DNA from: a phage
Sequence record: NC_100372.1
Direction: 5' to 3' (one strand)
DNA: 64,000 bases
Notes under the pieces: generated by a model
Databases searched by the model: none
Told to the model about the DNA's origin: nothing
Seen by the model: only the letters and a program-made list of their open reading frames with translations
Made by a program: the position numbers and the translations under genes
In this document: piece by piece, positions 19,599 through 29,211 of the stretch
Numbering within the stretch: position 1 is the first letter of the stretch
Layout of the letters: each line of letters starts with the position of its first letter

Positions 19599-20069
19599 TT
19601 ACTGTCCAATTTTAAAGGTTGCAGATTCAAGCAGCACATCGTAATGCCGCATAGCCTCGTTGAAGCCCTTCTCTTGTGCCCACTGCTCACTAACAGTAGG
19701 GTTACTAAACTGACCAGCCTCAATAACAAACTGGATAGCTTTGGCCCCTGTGTCCCCCATCTGTCTAAGAACAGCCTCTGCACTTGATCCTCTAGCCATA
19801 GCTCTCAACAATTTTTCTGTCAAGGTCTGTAGTTGCGTGCTGTGAAATGCAAAGGCCGTCTCCATGAAATTGCGAACAGGCAGCCCGTTCCAACCGAAGT
19901 TGTGAATAGCTGCCAATGTTGCCATATTTAAGCCTGACGGGTGAGGTTCATCATAAAAGCCGTAGGTTATTGTTTTGCTTTCAAGTTTCACAAGGTCTTT
20001 ATAAAAGCGATCTAAACGCTTTAGGTTGAACCTTGTTTGACATTTAACCTTTAGCATTATATTCCTCAC
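19599..20069 (-). CDS. hypothetical structural protein
   Basis: 156-aa ORF in the head-tail connector region. Confidence 0.3.
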   Translation of the reverse strand: MRNIMLKVKCQTRFNLKRLDRFYKDLVKLESKTITYGFYDEPHPSGLNMATLAAIHNFGWNGLPVRNFMETAFAFHSTQLQTLTEKLLRAMARGSSAEAVLRQMGDTGAKAIQFVIEAGQFSNPTVSEQWAQEKGFNEAMRHYDVLLESATFKIGQ

Positions 20070-20110
20070 TAATGTATTTTACCACAAAGATACATCAAAA
20101 GCAACAATTT

Positions 20111-20788
20111 TTAAAAACTGCGTTTGCGTCTTGGGTGGCGAGGAGGTTGATTATTTAGACCACTAATAGGTGTAATCCCCTGAACATCGAACGGGCCGTT
20201 ACTGTTTTCATTAAATTTAACCCGAATTCCTTCGTCTACACGAACACCACCAATGATAATCATTCTGCTATAAGCATCTAGCTCAGAGTCTACATAATCT
20301 GGGTGTGCCAGCAGCCAATCAAGAAAATCTTTCCACTGAGCGTAGGAAGATCCACCACGAATCTCTATGGTCTCATCACCTATTTTTTCCAGACGAGAAG
20401 TTATACTTGCATTACCGCTGGAAACTTCCTGCATCATCAGCCACCGCACAAGCTGCACAAGCACATTGTACTTAAGCAGGGGTAGCTTATCAGGGTCTGC
20501 CGGATAATTTAGTTTCAGCTTCTCCATGTCAAGGAATGTTTTAATTACCTCATCAGGGAGTGTTTCCTCGTCAACATTGCCAAGCAATAACCTCATAATA
20601 TCAATAAGAGGTTGGTCTGGATCAGGTTCCGGAGGCACAGGATCTTCTTTTGGTGGTTCTTCTGGGGTATCGACTACACCATCATGGTTAGGCGGTGACG
20701 GGATAATCTCTTCATCTTCATACCATGCCATTTGAAAATACCTCGTAAAAATAAAGCCCCATTCCTGATTTGGAAGGGGCCTTAACAA
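20111..20788 (-). CDS. hypothetical structural protein
   Basis: 225-aa ORF, acidic/Pro-rich N-terminal half. Confidence 0.3.
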   Translation of the reverse strand: MLRPLPNQEWGFIFTRYFQMAWYEDEEIIPSPPNHDGVVDTPEEPPKEDPVPPEPDPDQPLIDIMRLLLGNVDEETLPDEVIKTFLDMEKLKLNYPADPDKLPLLKYNVLVQLVRWLMMQEVSSGNASITSRLEKIGDETIEIRGGSSYAQWKDFLDWLLAHPDYVDSELDAYSRMIIIGGVRVDEGIRVKFNENSNGPFDVQGITPISGLNNQPPRHPRRKRSF

Positions 20789-20790
20789 AA

Positions 20791-21645
20791 TTATGCCAGT
20801 GCAGCCTCAAAATCTTTCATCATATTTTGGAAAGTTTTTGCCTTACTTAAGGTGACACCGTGCTCTTTAGCGAAGGTTTGGAGTGCATCTTTCGAACCAC
20901 TTTTGTCATCTTCGTTGTTAAGAGCTGAGGCTTGCTGTAGTATGGCATCAATATCATTACCGGAAGATCTTGATTCTTGTGCCTGTTCAGGATCCTGCTC
21001 AGTGCCTTCCGTACCATCCGGTGCGGTAGGGCCTGGTGATTCCTCACTGCCACCACCAGGCTCAGTAGGGCCTACAGGTGGCTCAGGCTCTGGTTCAGGT
21101 TCTGGGGCTACTGTAGAAGTCAGCCCAAGATTTACAACCTGAGAACGTTTCTTAGGCCACTCAATGGTGAAAGTCTGGGTATCTTCTGCATAAGCAACAT
21201 CGCATTGCTCATCGTTTATGGTCACTTTTTTGGGCATCCCTTCAGGGTCCCACAGATGACCTTCTGCTACGGAAACCTTGAAAGCAGCATCTACCTCTTT
21301 AAACACTGACGGGGTGAGTGTGATATTGACATCACCGCTTTGCAGTGTTAAAGTGCTTTCATCAAGGTTTTCTGTGAAGAACAGAAGAATAACACCCATA
21401 CGGATAGTTGAAATACCAGTATCAATTGGCAGACCTGTGTGTTTTGCAATCTTCTCGAAGAAGTCTACAATCGTTCTGCATGGATAGTGAACACTGCCAA
21501 TAACGAACTCTGTTGGTGGCAGCAGGGCTGATAAACCAACATTGATTTCTGGATTGTATTGTGCTAAAAATTGATAAAAACTTAACTGATTGTTGAAAAC
21601 TCTTAATAGAGGATCATACTCGACTGGATATACGGCTCTCTTCAC
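20791..21645 (-). CDS. hypothetical structural protein with PEPEPEP linker
   Basis: 284-aa ORF following the major-capsid terminator; contains PEPEPEPEPP Pro/Glu linker and Gly/Ser/Thr-rich tract. Confidence 0.3.
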   Translation of the reverse strand: MKRAVYPVEYDPLLRVFNNQLSFYQFLAQYNPEINVGLSALLPPTEFVIGSVHYPCRTIVDFFEKIAKHTGLPIDTGISTIRMGVILLFFTENLDESTLTLQSGDVNITLTPSVFKEVDAAFKVSVAEGHLWDPEGMPKKVTINDEQCDVAYAEDTQTFTIEWPKKRSQVVNLGLTSTVAPEPEPEPEPPVGPTEPGGGSEESPGPTAPDGTEGTEQDPEQAQESRSSGNDIDAILQQASALNNEDDKSGSKDALQTFAKEHGVTLSKAKTFQNMMKDFEAALA

Positions 21646-21678
21646 GGGACACTCCTGTTAAACCCTAATAAATAAAAA

Positions 21679-21702
21679 GGGGAGGGGGAGAACCCCCTCC
21701 CC
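21679..21702 (-). terminator. strong rho-independent terminator after major capsid gene
   Basis: Minus strand GGGGAGGGGG-TTCT-CCCCCTCCCC followed by TTTTATTTATT; perfect 10-bp GC stem. Confidence 0.6.
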
Positions 21703-21726
21703 ATATGGGATGAATCACCTTAGTGA

Positions 21727-22734
21727 TTAGTCACCTTTCAGAGTTGCTTTAACAACCAGCTCTGGGCGGGTGTTAACTGCCAGCATTGAAGTTTCAGATT
21801 CAATCTTCTCTTCACGCAGGTATGCAGAGTGTTTATACCACATGTACAGTTCCTGTGCAGGGGTGTTTGCTTCGTTAACATCATCTGCCGGAGCAAAGTG
21901 CAGCTGGAACATCTGATCAATACCCATCGGCAGGATGCGAGCCTCTTTCTTAGGAATATTGCCAGAGATATCTTCGATAAAGGTGATACCTTTATGTTCA
22001 AACACACGGTATACGCTGTCTTGACCGCCAGCACCCAGACGGCGACGCAGAGGTTCCTGAGCAGAGCCGTAATAGGTGTATGCCAGTTCTACCAGCGGGT
22101 GATGGGTAACAGCACTGAAGAACTCCGGTGAGCACAGAGCTACAATACGATAGCCAGCTGCGTTATCACCAGCTTGCAGTGCGATGTGCAGACGAGCTTC
22201 TTCCAGAACCTCCATAGGATCCTGATCTGCTTTTGCAGGGTCGATCTCAACAGACTTCTGAGACACACCCCACAGAGTGTAGTAATCATACTGGCAGGTA
22301 GCGTCACCAGGCGCATAGGATTTACCCAGAATAGCCTGGAACAGCGCTTTCTCACGCAGTGCTTCATGAGAAACACGGATACGGCGAACAACGCGGGTTA
22401 CTACATCCTGAACAGTTTTCGGAGCGTCAGGGGTGAAGTAACGACGGAAGTTCTGAACATCTGCAGCAGTGATGCCTTTGTCCAGAGGGAAGAACGGGAT
22501 GTTCAGGTTTTTAACCTGAGCACGTTCACTACCAACATAGTTACGCTCACCACCACGACGGCGTGCCGGAATGTCGGTTACAACTTCATCAACACGCTCG
22601 ATCTGAGCAATTGTTGAGGTGCCGAGACGGGTTTCGAACAGATCCATACCGGTAATCAGTCGGAATTGGCGCGGAACAAGGTCCAGAGTAGCACCTAAAT
22701 CGACAATGCCAAATTCATCTTTACGAGTAATCAT
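21727..22734 (-). CDS. putative major capsid protein
   Basis: 335 aa; follows scaffold-like and small decoration-like genes; strong RBS GGAGAAATAAATG; followed by the strongest terminator in the window. Confidence 0.5.
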   Translation of the reverse strand: MITRKDEFGIVDLGATLDLVPRQFRLITGMDLFETRLGTSTIAQIERVDEVVTDIPARRRGGERNYVGSERAQVKNLNIPFFPLDKGITAADVQNFRRYFTPDAPKTVQDVVTRVVRRIRVSHEALREKALFQAILGKSYAPGDATCQYDYYTLWGVSQKSVEIDPAKADQDPMEVLEEARLHIALQAGDNAAGYRIVALCSPEFFSAVTHHPLVELAYTYYGSAQEPLRRRLGAGGQDSVYRVFEHKGITFIEDISGNIPKKEARILPMGIDQMFQLHFAPADDVNEANTPAQELYMWYKHSAYLREEKIESETSMLAVNTRPELVVKATLKGD

Positions 22735-22784
22735 TTATTTCTCCAAAGTAAAACTTAAATATTTCCCGAACAATTTAGGGCTTA

Positions 22785-23171
22785 TTATTCACCAACAGTT
22801 TGGACGTGAACTTTGTTACCTAAAGCTTCCAACTTATCCAGAATTCTTTGGTCTGCTTTAGCTCCCTCTGCACCTAACAGCATGTCTTTTGCAAAGGTAA
22901 CACCGTGAACGGCAACAACCAGGTTATAGGATTGACCAACTTCTAACGGTTTTGCAAGATGAACCGTACCAGCATCTTTGACAAGAGCACGGTCAACAAG
23001 AACGCCGTACACATCAGAACCGTCTGCGTTAGCGATGGTCCCAGTTTTTGTTACAACAGTACCAGCGTGGTGATGCTCTGTCAGTGTTACCTTGATTTCT
23101 TTAAAATTGTAGCCAGCATCGCTAGAATCAACTTTGCCGAGCACGATATCAGAATATTGAGCGGTAATCAT
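22785..23171 (-). CDS. putative head decoration protein
   Basis: 128-aa ORF immediately upstream of the capsid candidate (lambda D/E-like arrangement); RBS GGGGGAAATAAATG. Confidence 0.3.
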   Translation of the reverse strand: MITAQYSDIVLGKVDSSDAGYNFKEIKVTLTEHHHAGTVVTKTGTIANADGSDVYGVLVDRALVKDAGTVHLAKPLEVGQSYNLVVAVHGVTFAKDMLLGAEGAKADQRILDKLEALGNKVHVQTVGE

Positions 23172-23191
23172 TTATTTCCCCCGTTAATGTC

Positions 23192-24169
23192 TTATTTGGT
23201 AGATTCTGCACGTGCACGAGCAAGTGCTTTTGCAACGTTTTCAGCAAGAATTTCTTCTGCGGATTTTGCAATATCATCCACAACAGGTTCGCCATCATTA
23301 CCATGTTCAGTGGTGGCAAACTCTTCTTTGGTTTTATGCACCTCTGCTTCCAGCTCTTTAATTTTGGCTTGAGCTTTCTCCAGCATAGCTACGATAGGTT
23401 CGTTAGCTTTTTCCAGCATGAAGTCAACCAGGGTTGCATGATCTTCTTCACCAACAAAGCTTAAAGCTTGAGCTTTAGCCAGCATTTTAGCTTTTTCAAC
23501 TTCAACCTGGGCCTTGATGATTTCTTCAGCTTTACTCTGGGTTGCTTTCAGCTCTTCTACTTGCTTCAGCAGATCCAGATACTCTTTAGTTTTGGTTACG
23601 TCCACCGGATTCTCCTCGGTATTTGCGGATTTTGCAACATCATCCACCTCGGTAGTTTTATCCACCTCAGTAGGTTCCTGTACCGCCTTGATCAGGTTCC
23701 CTTCTTTATCGAAGAGATCAGCGGTTACTTGTTCAAAAATCTGTTGTGTTTTTAACAGACTGTACTGATCTACCACACTAAGCTGCTTGCCTTCTTTTGC
23801 AGCTTTATGAATGGTCACGTTATCACAACGCTCTTCCAGCCATGCAATGCAAGACTCTGCGTCAGCTTGTGCCCATTCCCAATCAGGATGCTCTTTAGCC
23901 CAAGCTTCCTCTTCAATCTCAAAACCAAGCATGTGTGCGAGTGCTTTGGCATCGTCATACCACATATCGAAGAAACGACGCAGGTATTCTTCAAAACTCA
24001 GCTCCACAGTAACTTGGCGAAGTGCCTTAACAATATCGTCTGTTAACTGCTCAGGCTGAAGATCACTCTTCATCAAAAGAGATACAGGTCTGTTGTTAGC
24101 GCTATAGCCTTGCGCCTTATGGCACAGGGCAATCCCCTTCTCTTTAATAGTGATTGTTTTTTCAGACAT
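23192..24169 (-). CDS. putative scaffolding protein
   Basis: 325 aa, C-terminal half highly charged Ala/Glu/Lys-rich coiled-coil-like (AEEIIKAQVEVEKAKMLAKAQA...KIKELEAEVHKTKEE); between portal and capsid candidates. Confidence 0.4.
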   Translation of the reverse strand: MSEKTITIKEKGIALCHKAQGYSANNRPVSLLMKSDLQPEQLTDDIVKALRQVTVELSFEEYLRRFFDMWYDDAKALAHMLGFEIEEEAWAKEHPDWEWAQADAESCIAWLEERCDNVTIHKAAKEGKQLSVVDQYSLLKTQQIFEQVTADLFDKEGNLIKAVQEPTEVDKTTEVDDVAKSANTEENPVDVTKTKEYLDLLKQVEELKATQSKAEEIIKAQVEVEKAKMLAKAQALSFVGEEDHATLVDFMLEKANEPIVAMLEKAQAKIKELEAEVHKTKEEFATTEHGNDGEPVVDDIAKSAEEILAENVAKALARARAESTK

Positions 24170-24600
24170 TATTCATTGCCCTCTTCTACAACACTGATCC
24201 CGAAATTTACATTGGTAATTTCGCCCGTCTCTTCATCAACATTACCTGTTGCCTGAATGCTTAGGCCACCAACAATGCCAGCCTTCTTAGCTTCCCATAA
24301 TTCAGGATTATTGTATTTAACTTTAGCAACCCAAGAGCCAGCCTTGATGACCTGCTCAGTACCAATTACTACAACATCAAACTCTTCTTGAATCCACGTC
24401 TTTTCAATAGTGAAAGCATCTGTAGAGGTCAAGTGGAAAAGGTTTTCAGAAACCAGGCCTGCGGCGTATGCTGCGTCCCAATTATCTTTAGCCTTTTTGA
24501 TGGTGTCTTTACTCATCCACTCACCGTGAGCGTCTTTAGTGTCCGGTTCGTAGATGATTTCGTAGGAAATCATTTCTTCCTGTGGCATCTTATTCCCCAT
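24169..24600 (-). CDS. hypothetical head morphogenesis protein (start uncertain)
   Basis: ORF track start 24744 overlaps the portal gene by 88 nt; internal ATGs at 24600 or 24588 are more plausible starts. Confidence 0.3.
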   Translation of the reverse strand: MGNKMPQEEMISYEIIYEPDTKDAHGEWMSKDTIKKAKDNWDAAYAAGLVSENLFHLTSTDAFTIEKTWIQEEFDVVVIGTEQVIKAGSWVAKVKYNNPELWEAKKAGIVGGLSIQATGNVDEETGEITNVNFGISVVEEGNE

Positions 24601-24655
24601 GTGGATTATTTTATCACGCCAAAGGAGGTTTTGCAACCCCCTGTGTTGATAATTT

Positions 24656-26212
24656 TTAATTTTCCATGTTGGATATGGAATTATCTCTGGTTGATGACAT
24701 CTTAGAAGTGCCGTTGCCAGTGGATCCTGCAGCCATTCCATCACCAGCCCTACTGATATCCTGGCCCAAGAGCTTCATTAGCTCTTCCTGATCCATGTCC
24801 TCGTCAAATCTTTCATCAAACCCACCTACTTCAAGAATCTTATTAATTACTGCAGGAGTTTTTGGCAAGTAACCTACAGCACCGATCCTCTGGACAAACT
24901 TGGAGAAGCTCTCCATGTCCACCTCTTCAATCAGACCAGGTTTCAGTTTAGGCATATCATCATCTTCAAGGATGATACCATTCAATGCCAGAAGCTGTGG
25001 AATAAGATCTTTATTGAAGGCCTCAGTGATAATATCTATATCACGCTGAACAAAATGACCATGGATAGACTGTTTTGACTCAGACAGAGAGAAGGATCCG
25101 ACGTTATCGTTACCGAGGTTAATAAAGCCAGCACCGAAACGGTCAAGAATCGCCTTCTTACGGGCATCAATCAAATCTTTAGTGGAATACTGCTTGCCCA
25201 TACCGTCAACCCCCTTCAGGGTCATGGAGTAAAGCTCTTTACCAGACTTATCTCTATCAGACGGAAGTATAAAGAAACTTTGCTCCCCACTATGGGCGTT
25301 TGCTGCGTCAAGCATAAGATCTGCAACCATTCTCCCTTCCATTGAATTCGGGTCAATACTGGCCTTGTTCAAAATATTGGAAGGAATTTTCAGCTCAAGC
25401 ACACCACCAAGGTCTTTGGAACAGCCAACAACCTCAAGGTTTTCAATCAAAACTTTCTCACGGAAAGATCTGTAGCAACCTATCATCGGTGACACACCTG
25501 CAGGGTTAGATTCTGTTCCTGACAGAGTCATGAGCATAAGCTTTTTAGCAGGGATGAAAATTTCAGGCTCATTAAAGCCTTTTGAAGGCATTGCAGCGAG
25601 AGGACCAGCCCAGCGTGCATTCTGCGTGTTTAGAAATGCATTAGGTGATTGATAAATACCTGTCAGTGTTCTACTATTCTTGTCAAAGACAAACGGCTCT
25701 GATCTGGACAAACTGGCCTGTGGTCGGAACGCAATCTTATCAATGAGAAGCATCCCGGCGTATTTGCCTTCTTTCTCTCTGCGGTATACTTTCTCAAACA
25801 GTGAAAAACCATACTCGTTAAAGGTAGCTGCGCTTCTTGCAATATCTCGAAGAGTTTGTTGGTTTGCCAAATTACGCAAAGAATACTCTATAAGCTCGGC
25901 GGCTTTCTTAGAGTCTTCACTTTTAACATTATAAAGGATCTTAAAATCATTGAATGCTTTCGTGATGAAAACATATTTTGTATCTAAGGCAGTAGCAACT
26001 GTGGAATCACATTTCATAGTCTCCACTGTGGCAATCAGCTGAGGCCAACGCAATTCCTCAACCATCATAGATTGTGATTCTGCCATAATTTGGGAAAGTG
26101 CGCCAGAACCGATCTCACTCATACGAACATTATGAGTTGGTGCGCCTGCGTTCCCAGATTTATTCACAGTTTTGGCTGTGGCGTTGTGTTTCCTGCGGTT
26201 CTTTTTGGACAC
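24656..26212 (-). CDS. putative portal protein
   Basis: 518-aa ORF immediately downstream of large terminase; size and position typical of portal. Confidence 0.55.
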   Translation of the reverse strand: MSKKNRRKHNATAKTVNKSGNAGAPTHNVRMSEIGSGALSQIMAESQSMMVEELRWPQLIATVETMKCDSTVATALDTKYVFITKAFNDFKILYNVKSEDSKKAAELIEYSLRNLANQQTLRDIARSAATFNEYGFSLFEKVYRREKEGKYAGMLLIDKIAFRPQASLSRSEPFVFDKNSRTLTGIYQSPNAFLNTQNARWAGPLAAMPSKGFNEPEIFIPAKKLMLMTLSGTESNPAGVSPMIGCYRSFREKVLIENLEVVGCSKDLGGVLELKIPSNILNKASIDPNSMEGRMVADLMLDAANAHSGEQSFFILPSDRDKSGKELYSMTLKGVDGMGKQYSTKDLIDARKKAILDRFGAGFINLGNDNVGSFSLSESKQSIHGHFVQRDIDIITEAFNKDLIPQLLALNGIILEDDDMPKLKPGLIEEVDMESFSKFVQRIGAVGYLPKTPAVINKILEVGGFDERFDEDMDQEELMKLLGQDISRAGDGMAAGSTGNGTSKMSSTRDNSISNMEN

Positions 26213-26242
26213 AAGCTTTACCCCTCAAAACAGTATAACAAA

Positions 26243-26264
26243 ATAGCCCTCGTGTCAGAGGGCT
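26243..26264 (-). terminator. hairpin (terminator-like) between terminase and portal genes
   Basis: Minus strand AGCCCTC-TGACAC-GAGGGCT followed by ATTTTGTT. Confidence 0.3.
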
Positions 26265-26314
26265 AGTATCTCCGATTACTCTATTCTACCACATCTAATT
26301 AAGATTGGCAACAC

Positions 26315-27862
26315 TTAGATAAAACGCTTGAACATAGAAGGTGATGAGATTGATGGAATCACACAAGGCAGCGCTACCTCCTCTTTCTCCAGGAAATTAA
26401 TCGCAGAAGCTACACAGTCGGCCCAGTCGTCTTTTCTGTTAAATGTTGATCTTTCCCCGTTGAACTTTTCAAGTTCAGTCAGAAATGCTTCCAGAGTGTC
26501 AGGATGGAAACTGGATTTTACAATCCTCACCATTCCTTGTTGGGCAAGATTGGCAAAAGGTGAGAACCTTGTCAGTTTAGATTTGTTGGAAGGCATTGGA
26601 TCTTCTTCAACCCTGAACCCTTCGGCGAGCAAAGATCTGGACGAGGTTAAGAACTCACTCTTACCTGCCTGACCGGGGTCTACAGAAAATACGATTATGC
26701 AATCATCTCCATCAAACTGCGCCTGTTTCCTGATGATCACATCTCGTTCCCCAGCCTTTTTACAGAACTTTCCTTCCAGACCTGTGGAATACCTACCGTC
26801 ATCCACGTTCTCAGGACAATAATCCCCGGACAGGTAATAAAAGCCGTCGCTATCTTTACTTACCTTAACACTGGCAGTAAAGTCAGGAAATTTATTACCG
26901 GAAGTTCTCTCGGTTCCTGCCTTATCCCATGCCCTGCAAGATACTGATCCAAGAGGTACTCTATCGGCATCCCGAAGGAAAGATCTTTGGAAATAGTTTG
27001 CACCCTCAGGTTTGGCAAACCAGTTGCCATGAAGAAGCTGGGCTTTTTCAAGCTCGGGTAGACCTTCAAGGAAAGCAAGGTATTCCGGGTTGTCTCTCAA
27101 ACAGACAGGATTATCGAAAATTGTTGCGCCTATAAACGAGAATGACAACGGTCTTGGCTTGATCTCCACACCCAGTCCGTTAACCGTGGTGTATTTCTCT
27201 ATTAACTCTTCTTTAGAGTCTCCCCAAATAAATTCACCGTCGCGTCGGATAAAATATCTTTTCTTACCACATTTCTCCGGATCTGGATACCCTTCATCGT
27301 CCAACCACCACCTAACCAGTTTGGCAAGCATGTGTTCTGAGTCGGGGTTACAGCTGATAACCATTCTTGATGGATACTTTGACTGAGATCGCAGACGAGA
27401 CATCAAATAGTCTATCTGCTCCCATTCGAATTGCGTGCCTTCATCGAAGCAAACCATGGTGTACTCAAGGCCTTGATGGTTAAGCTTATCTTGGACATAC
27501 TCCATGTGGCAGTATTTTACAACGGCCCCTTTTTTGCTCCTGTCCCACTTGCCAGTGCTCGGATCAAACCGTGGAAAAATAAACTTATGATCCTTCTCTC
27601 TGAACTTTGGTTTAATGTTTTCAGGCAGATCACTGTAGATAGCTACTGCTTTAGGCCATAGCCCACCCTCACCTTCCAACTGGGGAGTTGTTCTTCGGAA
27701 CATAACCACAGAGCTGTGCGGGTCATCAATAATTTTAAGCGGCATTAGCTGCAAGAGGAACGACTTGCCAGACCCAGCTGCACCTCCGATCACCAAAATA
27801 TCTGCATCGTTCTCTAGGATCATCTTCTGCTTTTCAGAACACGGTCCGTAAATCTTAGACAT
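26315..27862 (-). CDS. terL: terminase large subunit
   Basis: 515 aa; Walker A VIGGAAGSGKSFLL near N-terminus; C-terminal nuclease-like region; precedes portal. Confidence 0.85.
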   Translation of the reverse strand: MSKIYGPCSEKQKMILENDADILVIGGAAGSGKSFLLQLMPLKIIDDPHSSVVMFRRTTPQLEGEGGLWPKAVAIYSDLPENIKPKFREKDHKFIFPRFDPSTGKWDRSKKGAVVKYCHMEYVQDKLNHQGLEYTMVCFDEGTQFEWEQIDYLMSRLRSQSKYPSRMVISCNPDSEHMLAKLVRWWLDDEGYPDPEKCGKKRYFIRRDGEFIWGDSKEELIEKYTTVNGLGVEIKPRPLSFSFIGATIFDNPVCLRDNPEYLAFLEGLPELEKAQLLHGNWFAKPEGANYFQRSFLRDADRVPLGSVSCRAWDKAGTERTSGNKFPDFTASVKVSKDSDGFYYLSGDYCPENVDDGRYSTGLEGKFCKKAGERDVIIRKQAQFDGDDCIIVFSVDPGQAGKSEFLTSSRSLLAEGFRVEEDPMPSNKSKLTRFSPFANLAQQGMVRIVKSSFHPDTLEAFLTELEKFNGERSTFNRKDDWADCVASAINFLEKEEVALPCVIPSISSPSMFKRFI

Positions 27863-28149
27863 TAACCTCTCTCCTTTGGAAACAGTGTTCTTATATAGTC
27901 TTGCAAAATGATCAATTTAGCTCTATCATTACTACAAGACAGGTTATTATCCCTCATAATGCCAGAATTCACCGCATCTGGCGCACCTTTCTTCAAAGGG
28001 ATAGCTTTAGCAGGTGGTTTCATAGCACCCTCGGGAGGTTTAACAATCAACCTTCCTACATCCGGAGGGTCAATCTTGTATTCTCTCTCAACACTGGTTG
28101 CACACCCACACAATAACAAGCACAAAACAACCAGTGCAGTAACTCTCAT
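27862..28149 (-). CDS. outer-membrane spanin (Rz1-like lipoprotein)
   Basis: 95 aa; signal peptide with lipobox LLLCGC, Pro-rich mature region; overlaps the i-spanin gene end. Confidence 0.55.
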   Translation of the reverse strand: MRVTALVVLCLLLCGCATSVEREYKIDPPDVGRLIVKPPEGAMKPPAKAIPLKKGAPDAVNSGIMRDNNLSCSNDRAKLIILQDYIRTLFPKERG

Positions 28150-28544
28150 CGAACCTCCTGATTGATACTCTCATTATAAATATCTATTAGCTGATCAGGA
28201 AGTGTTGACTTCTTACCTTCAGGAGATTGGAGGTAGATAATCTGCTTTTCTTTACCTGCCTTCTCAGCCATATTTAATTTATCCTGTAGATCAGAAAGAG
28301 ATTTTTCAAGGTTTTTAACCTCCTCTGCGTGGCCCATTTTAATTTTGTCGGCTTGCTTTTGTTGTTGGTCAAGGATCCGTTCCCACTTCAACTCTGTTGC
28401 TGACACACCTTCCTGATAAGCATCATTGAGCTTAGAGTTAAACCAATACACGGCCCCAAGATAAGCCATGCCTATAGCCGCTGCAAAAACTAAACCTTTT
28501 ATGATCCCTCTGTATTTACTCATCAATGTTAAGACTGAAATCAT
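28146..28544 (-). CDS. inner-membrane spanin (Rz-like)
   Basis: 132 aa; N-terminal transmembrane segment (GLVFAAAIGMAYLGAVYWF) followed by charged coiled-coil periplasmic domain. Confidence 0.55.
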   Translation of the reverse strand: MISVLTLMSKYRGIIKGLVFAAAIGMAYLGAVYWFNSKLNDAYQEGVSATELKWERILDQQQKQADKIKMGHAEEVKNLEKSLSDLQDKLNMAEKAGKEKQIIYLQSPEGKKSTLPDQLIDIYNESINQEVR

Positions 28545-28568
28545 TTTAAGGCTCCAGAAACGAAAAAA

Positions 28569-28593
28569 CCCCGCAGCTATACAGCTAACGGGG
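28569..28593 (-). terminator. terminator-like hairpin closing the tRNA operon
   Basis: Minus strand CCCCG...CGGGG hairpin followed by TTTTTTCG, between the 89-aa ORF and the spanin gene. Confidence 0.4.
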
Positions 28594-28649
28594 CGGGTTA
28601 AAATTGAGTAACCTAAATAGATCGAAACTAACTAAAAGGAGACTAATAC

Positions 28650-28919
28650 TTATCGAGGCACTCGGTGGATGATTCTGACAGTAACCGCATTCTCATTCAT
28701 CAAGTAAGCATCCACATCTCTGTAAATATAAAACTTCTGCTCGCTATCAACAACACAAGCTACTGCCCCTTCAGAGTTGTCTTCAAAGAAGACCACAACT
28801 GCATCGCAGCTTAGTTCATGATACGACTCTCGAAGATTTACAGCAAGAGGGTTGAAATCTTCACGAAAATCTACAGTATGGGTTGGATTTACACGTTCTA
28901 CAATTTTAAGTGTATACAT
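28650..28919 (-). CDS. hypothetical protein co-transcribed with tRNA cluster
   Basis: 89-aa ORF, RBS AAGGAACC upstream of ATG at 28919, located 46 nt downstream of tRNA-Pro. Confidence 0.4.
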   Translation of the reverse strand: MYTLKIVERVNPTHTVDFREDFNPLAVNLRESYHELSCDAVVVFFEDNSEGAVACVVDSEQKFYIYRDVDAYLMNENAVTVRIIHRVPR

Positions 28920-28965
28920 TTTAAAGGTTCCTTTTGTGTGTATATATTTAAAGTATAACTAAAGG

Positions 28966-29042
28966 TGGTCTCCACGGAGTGATTCGAACACTCGACCTCC
29001 TGATCCCAAATCAGGCGCTCTACCAAGCTGAGCTACGCGGAG
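28966..29042 (-). tRNA. tRNA-Pro (anticodon TGG), CCA encoded
   Basis: Manual fold: acceptor CTCCGCG/CGTGGAG (one G-T), D arm GCTC/GAGC, anticodon stem CCTGA/TCAGG with loop TTTGGGA, T arm GAGTG-TTCGAAT-CACTC, 3' ACCA. Confidence 0.75.
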
Positions 29043-29053
29043 TATTTATTATT

Positions 29054-29128
29054 TGGTGGCCCTGGGTGGAATTGAACCACCGTCTGGCGATTATGAGTCG
29101 CTTGCTTGAACCTTCCAGCTACAGGGCC
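29054..29128 (-). tRNA. tRNA-Met (anticodon CAT; initiator, elongator or Ile2-type undetermined), CCA encoded
   Basis: Manual fold: acceptor GGCCCTG/CAGGGCC, anticodon loop CTCATAA, T loop TTCAATT, 3' ACCA. Confidence 0.7.
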
Positions 29129-29129
29129 A

Positions 29130-29205
29130 TGGTGCTGATGGCAGGACTTGAACCTGCAACCTATTGATTACAAATCAATTGCACTGCCAATTGTGCTACA
29201 TCAGC
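29130..29205 (-). tRNA. tRNA-Thr (anticodon TGT), CCA encoded
   Basis: Manual fold: acceptor GCTGATG/CATCAGC, anticodon stem ATTGA/TCAAT with loop TTTGTAA, T arm GCAGG-TTCAAGT-CCTGC; 1 nt after tRNA-Met. Confidence 0.75.
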
Positions 29206-29211
29206 AAAAGG

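Noticed and set aside
21727-22734. Specific assignment of the capsid candidate to the lambda gpE family
   Set aside because: Gene order (decoration-like then capsid) is lambda-like but no convincing sequence similarity to gpE could be recalled; left as generic major capsid candidate.
1412-27661. Numerous plus-strand ORFs of 60-240 aa scattered through the minus-strand structural module (e.g. 1412..2134, 7547..7987, 12380..12952, 22174..22617, 23468..23768)
   Set aside because: All are embedded antisense within long, motif-supported minus-strand genes, lack RBS/promoter context, and have low-complexity translations; typical shadow ORFs.
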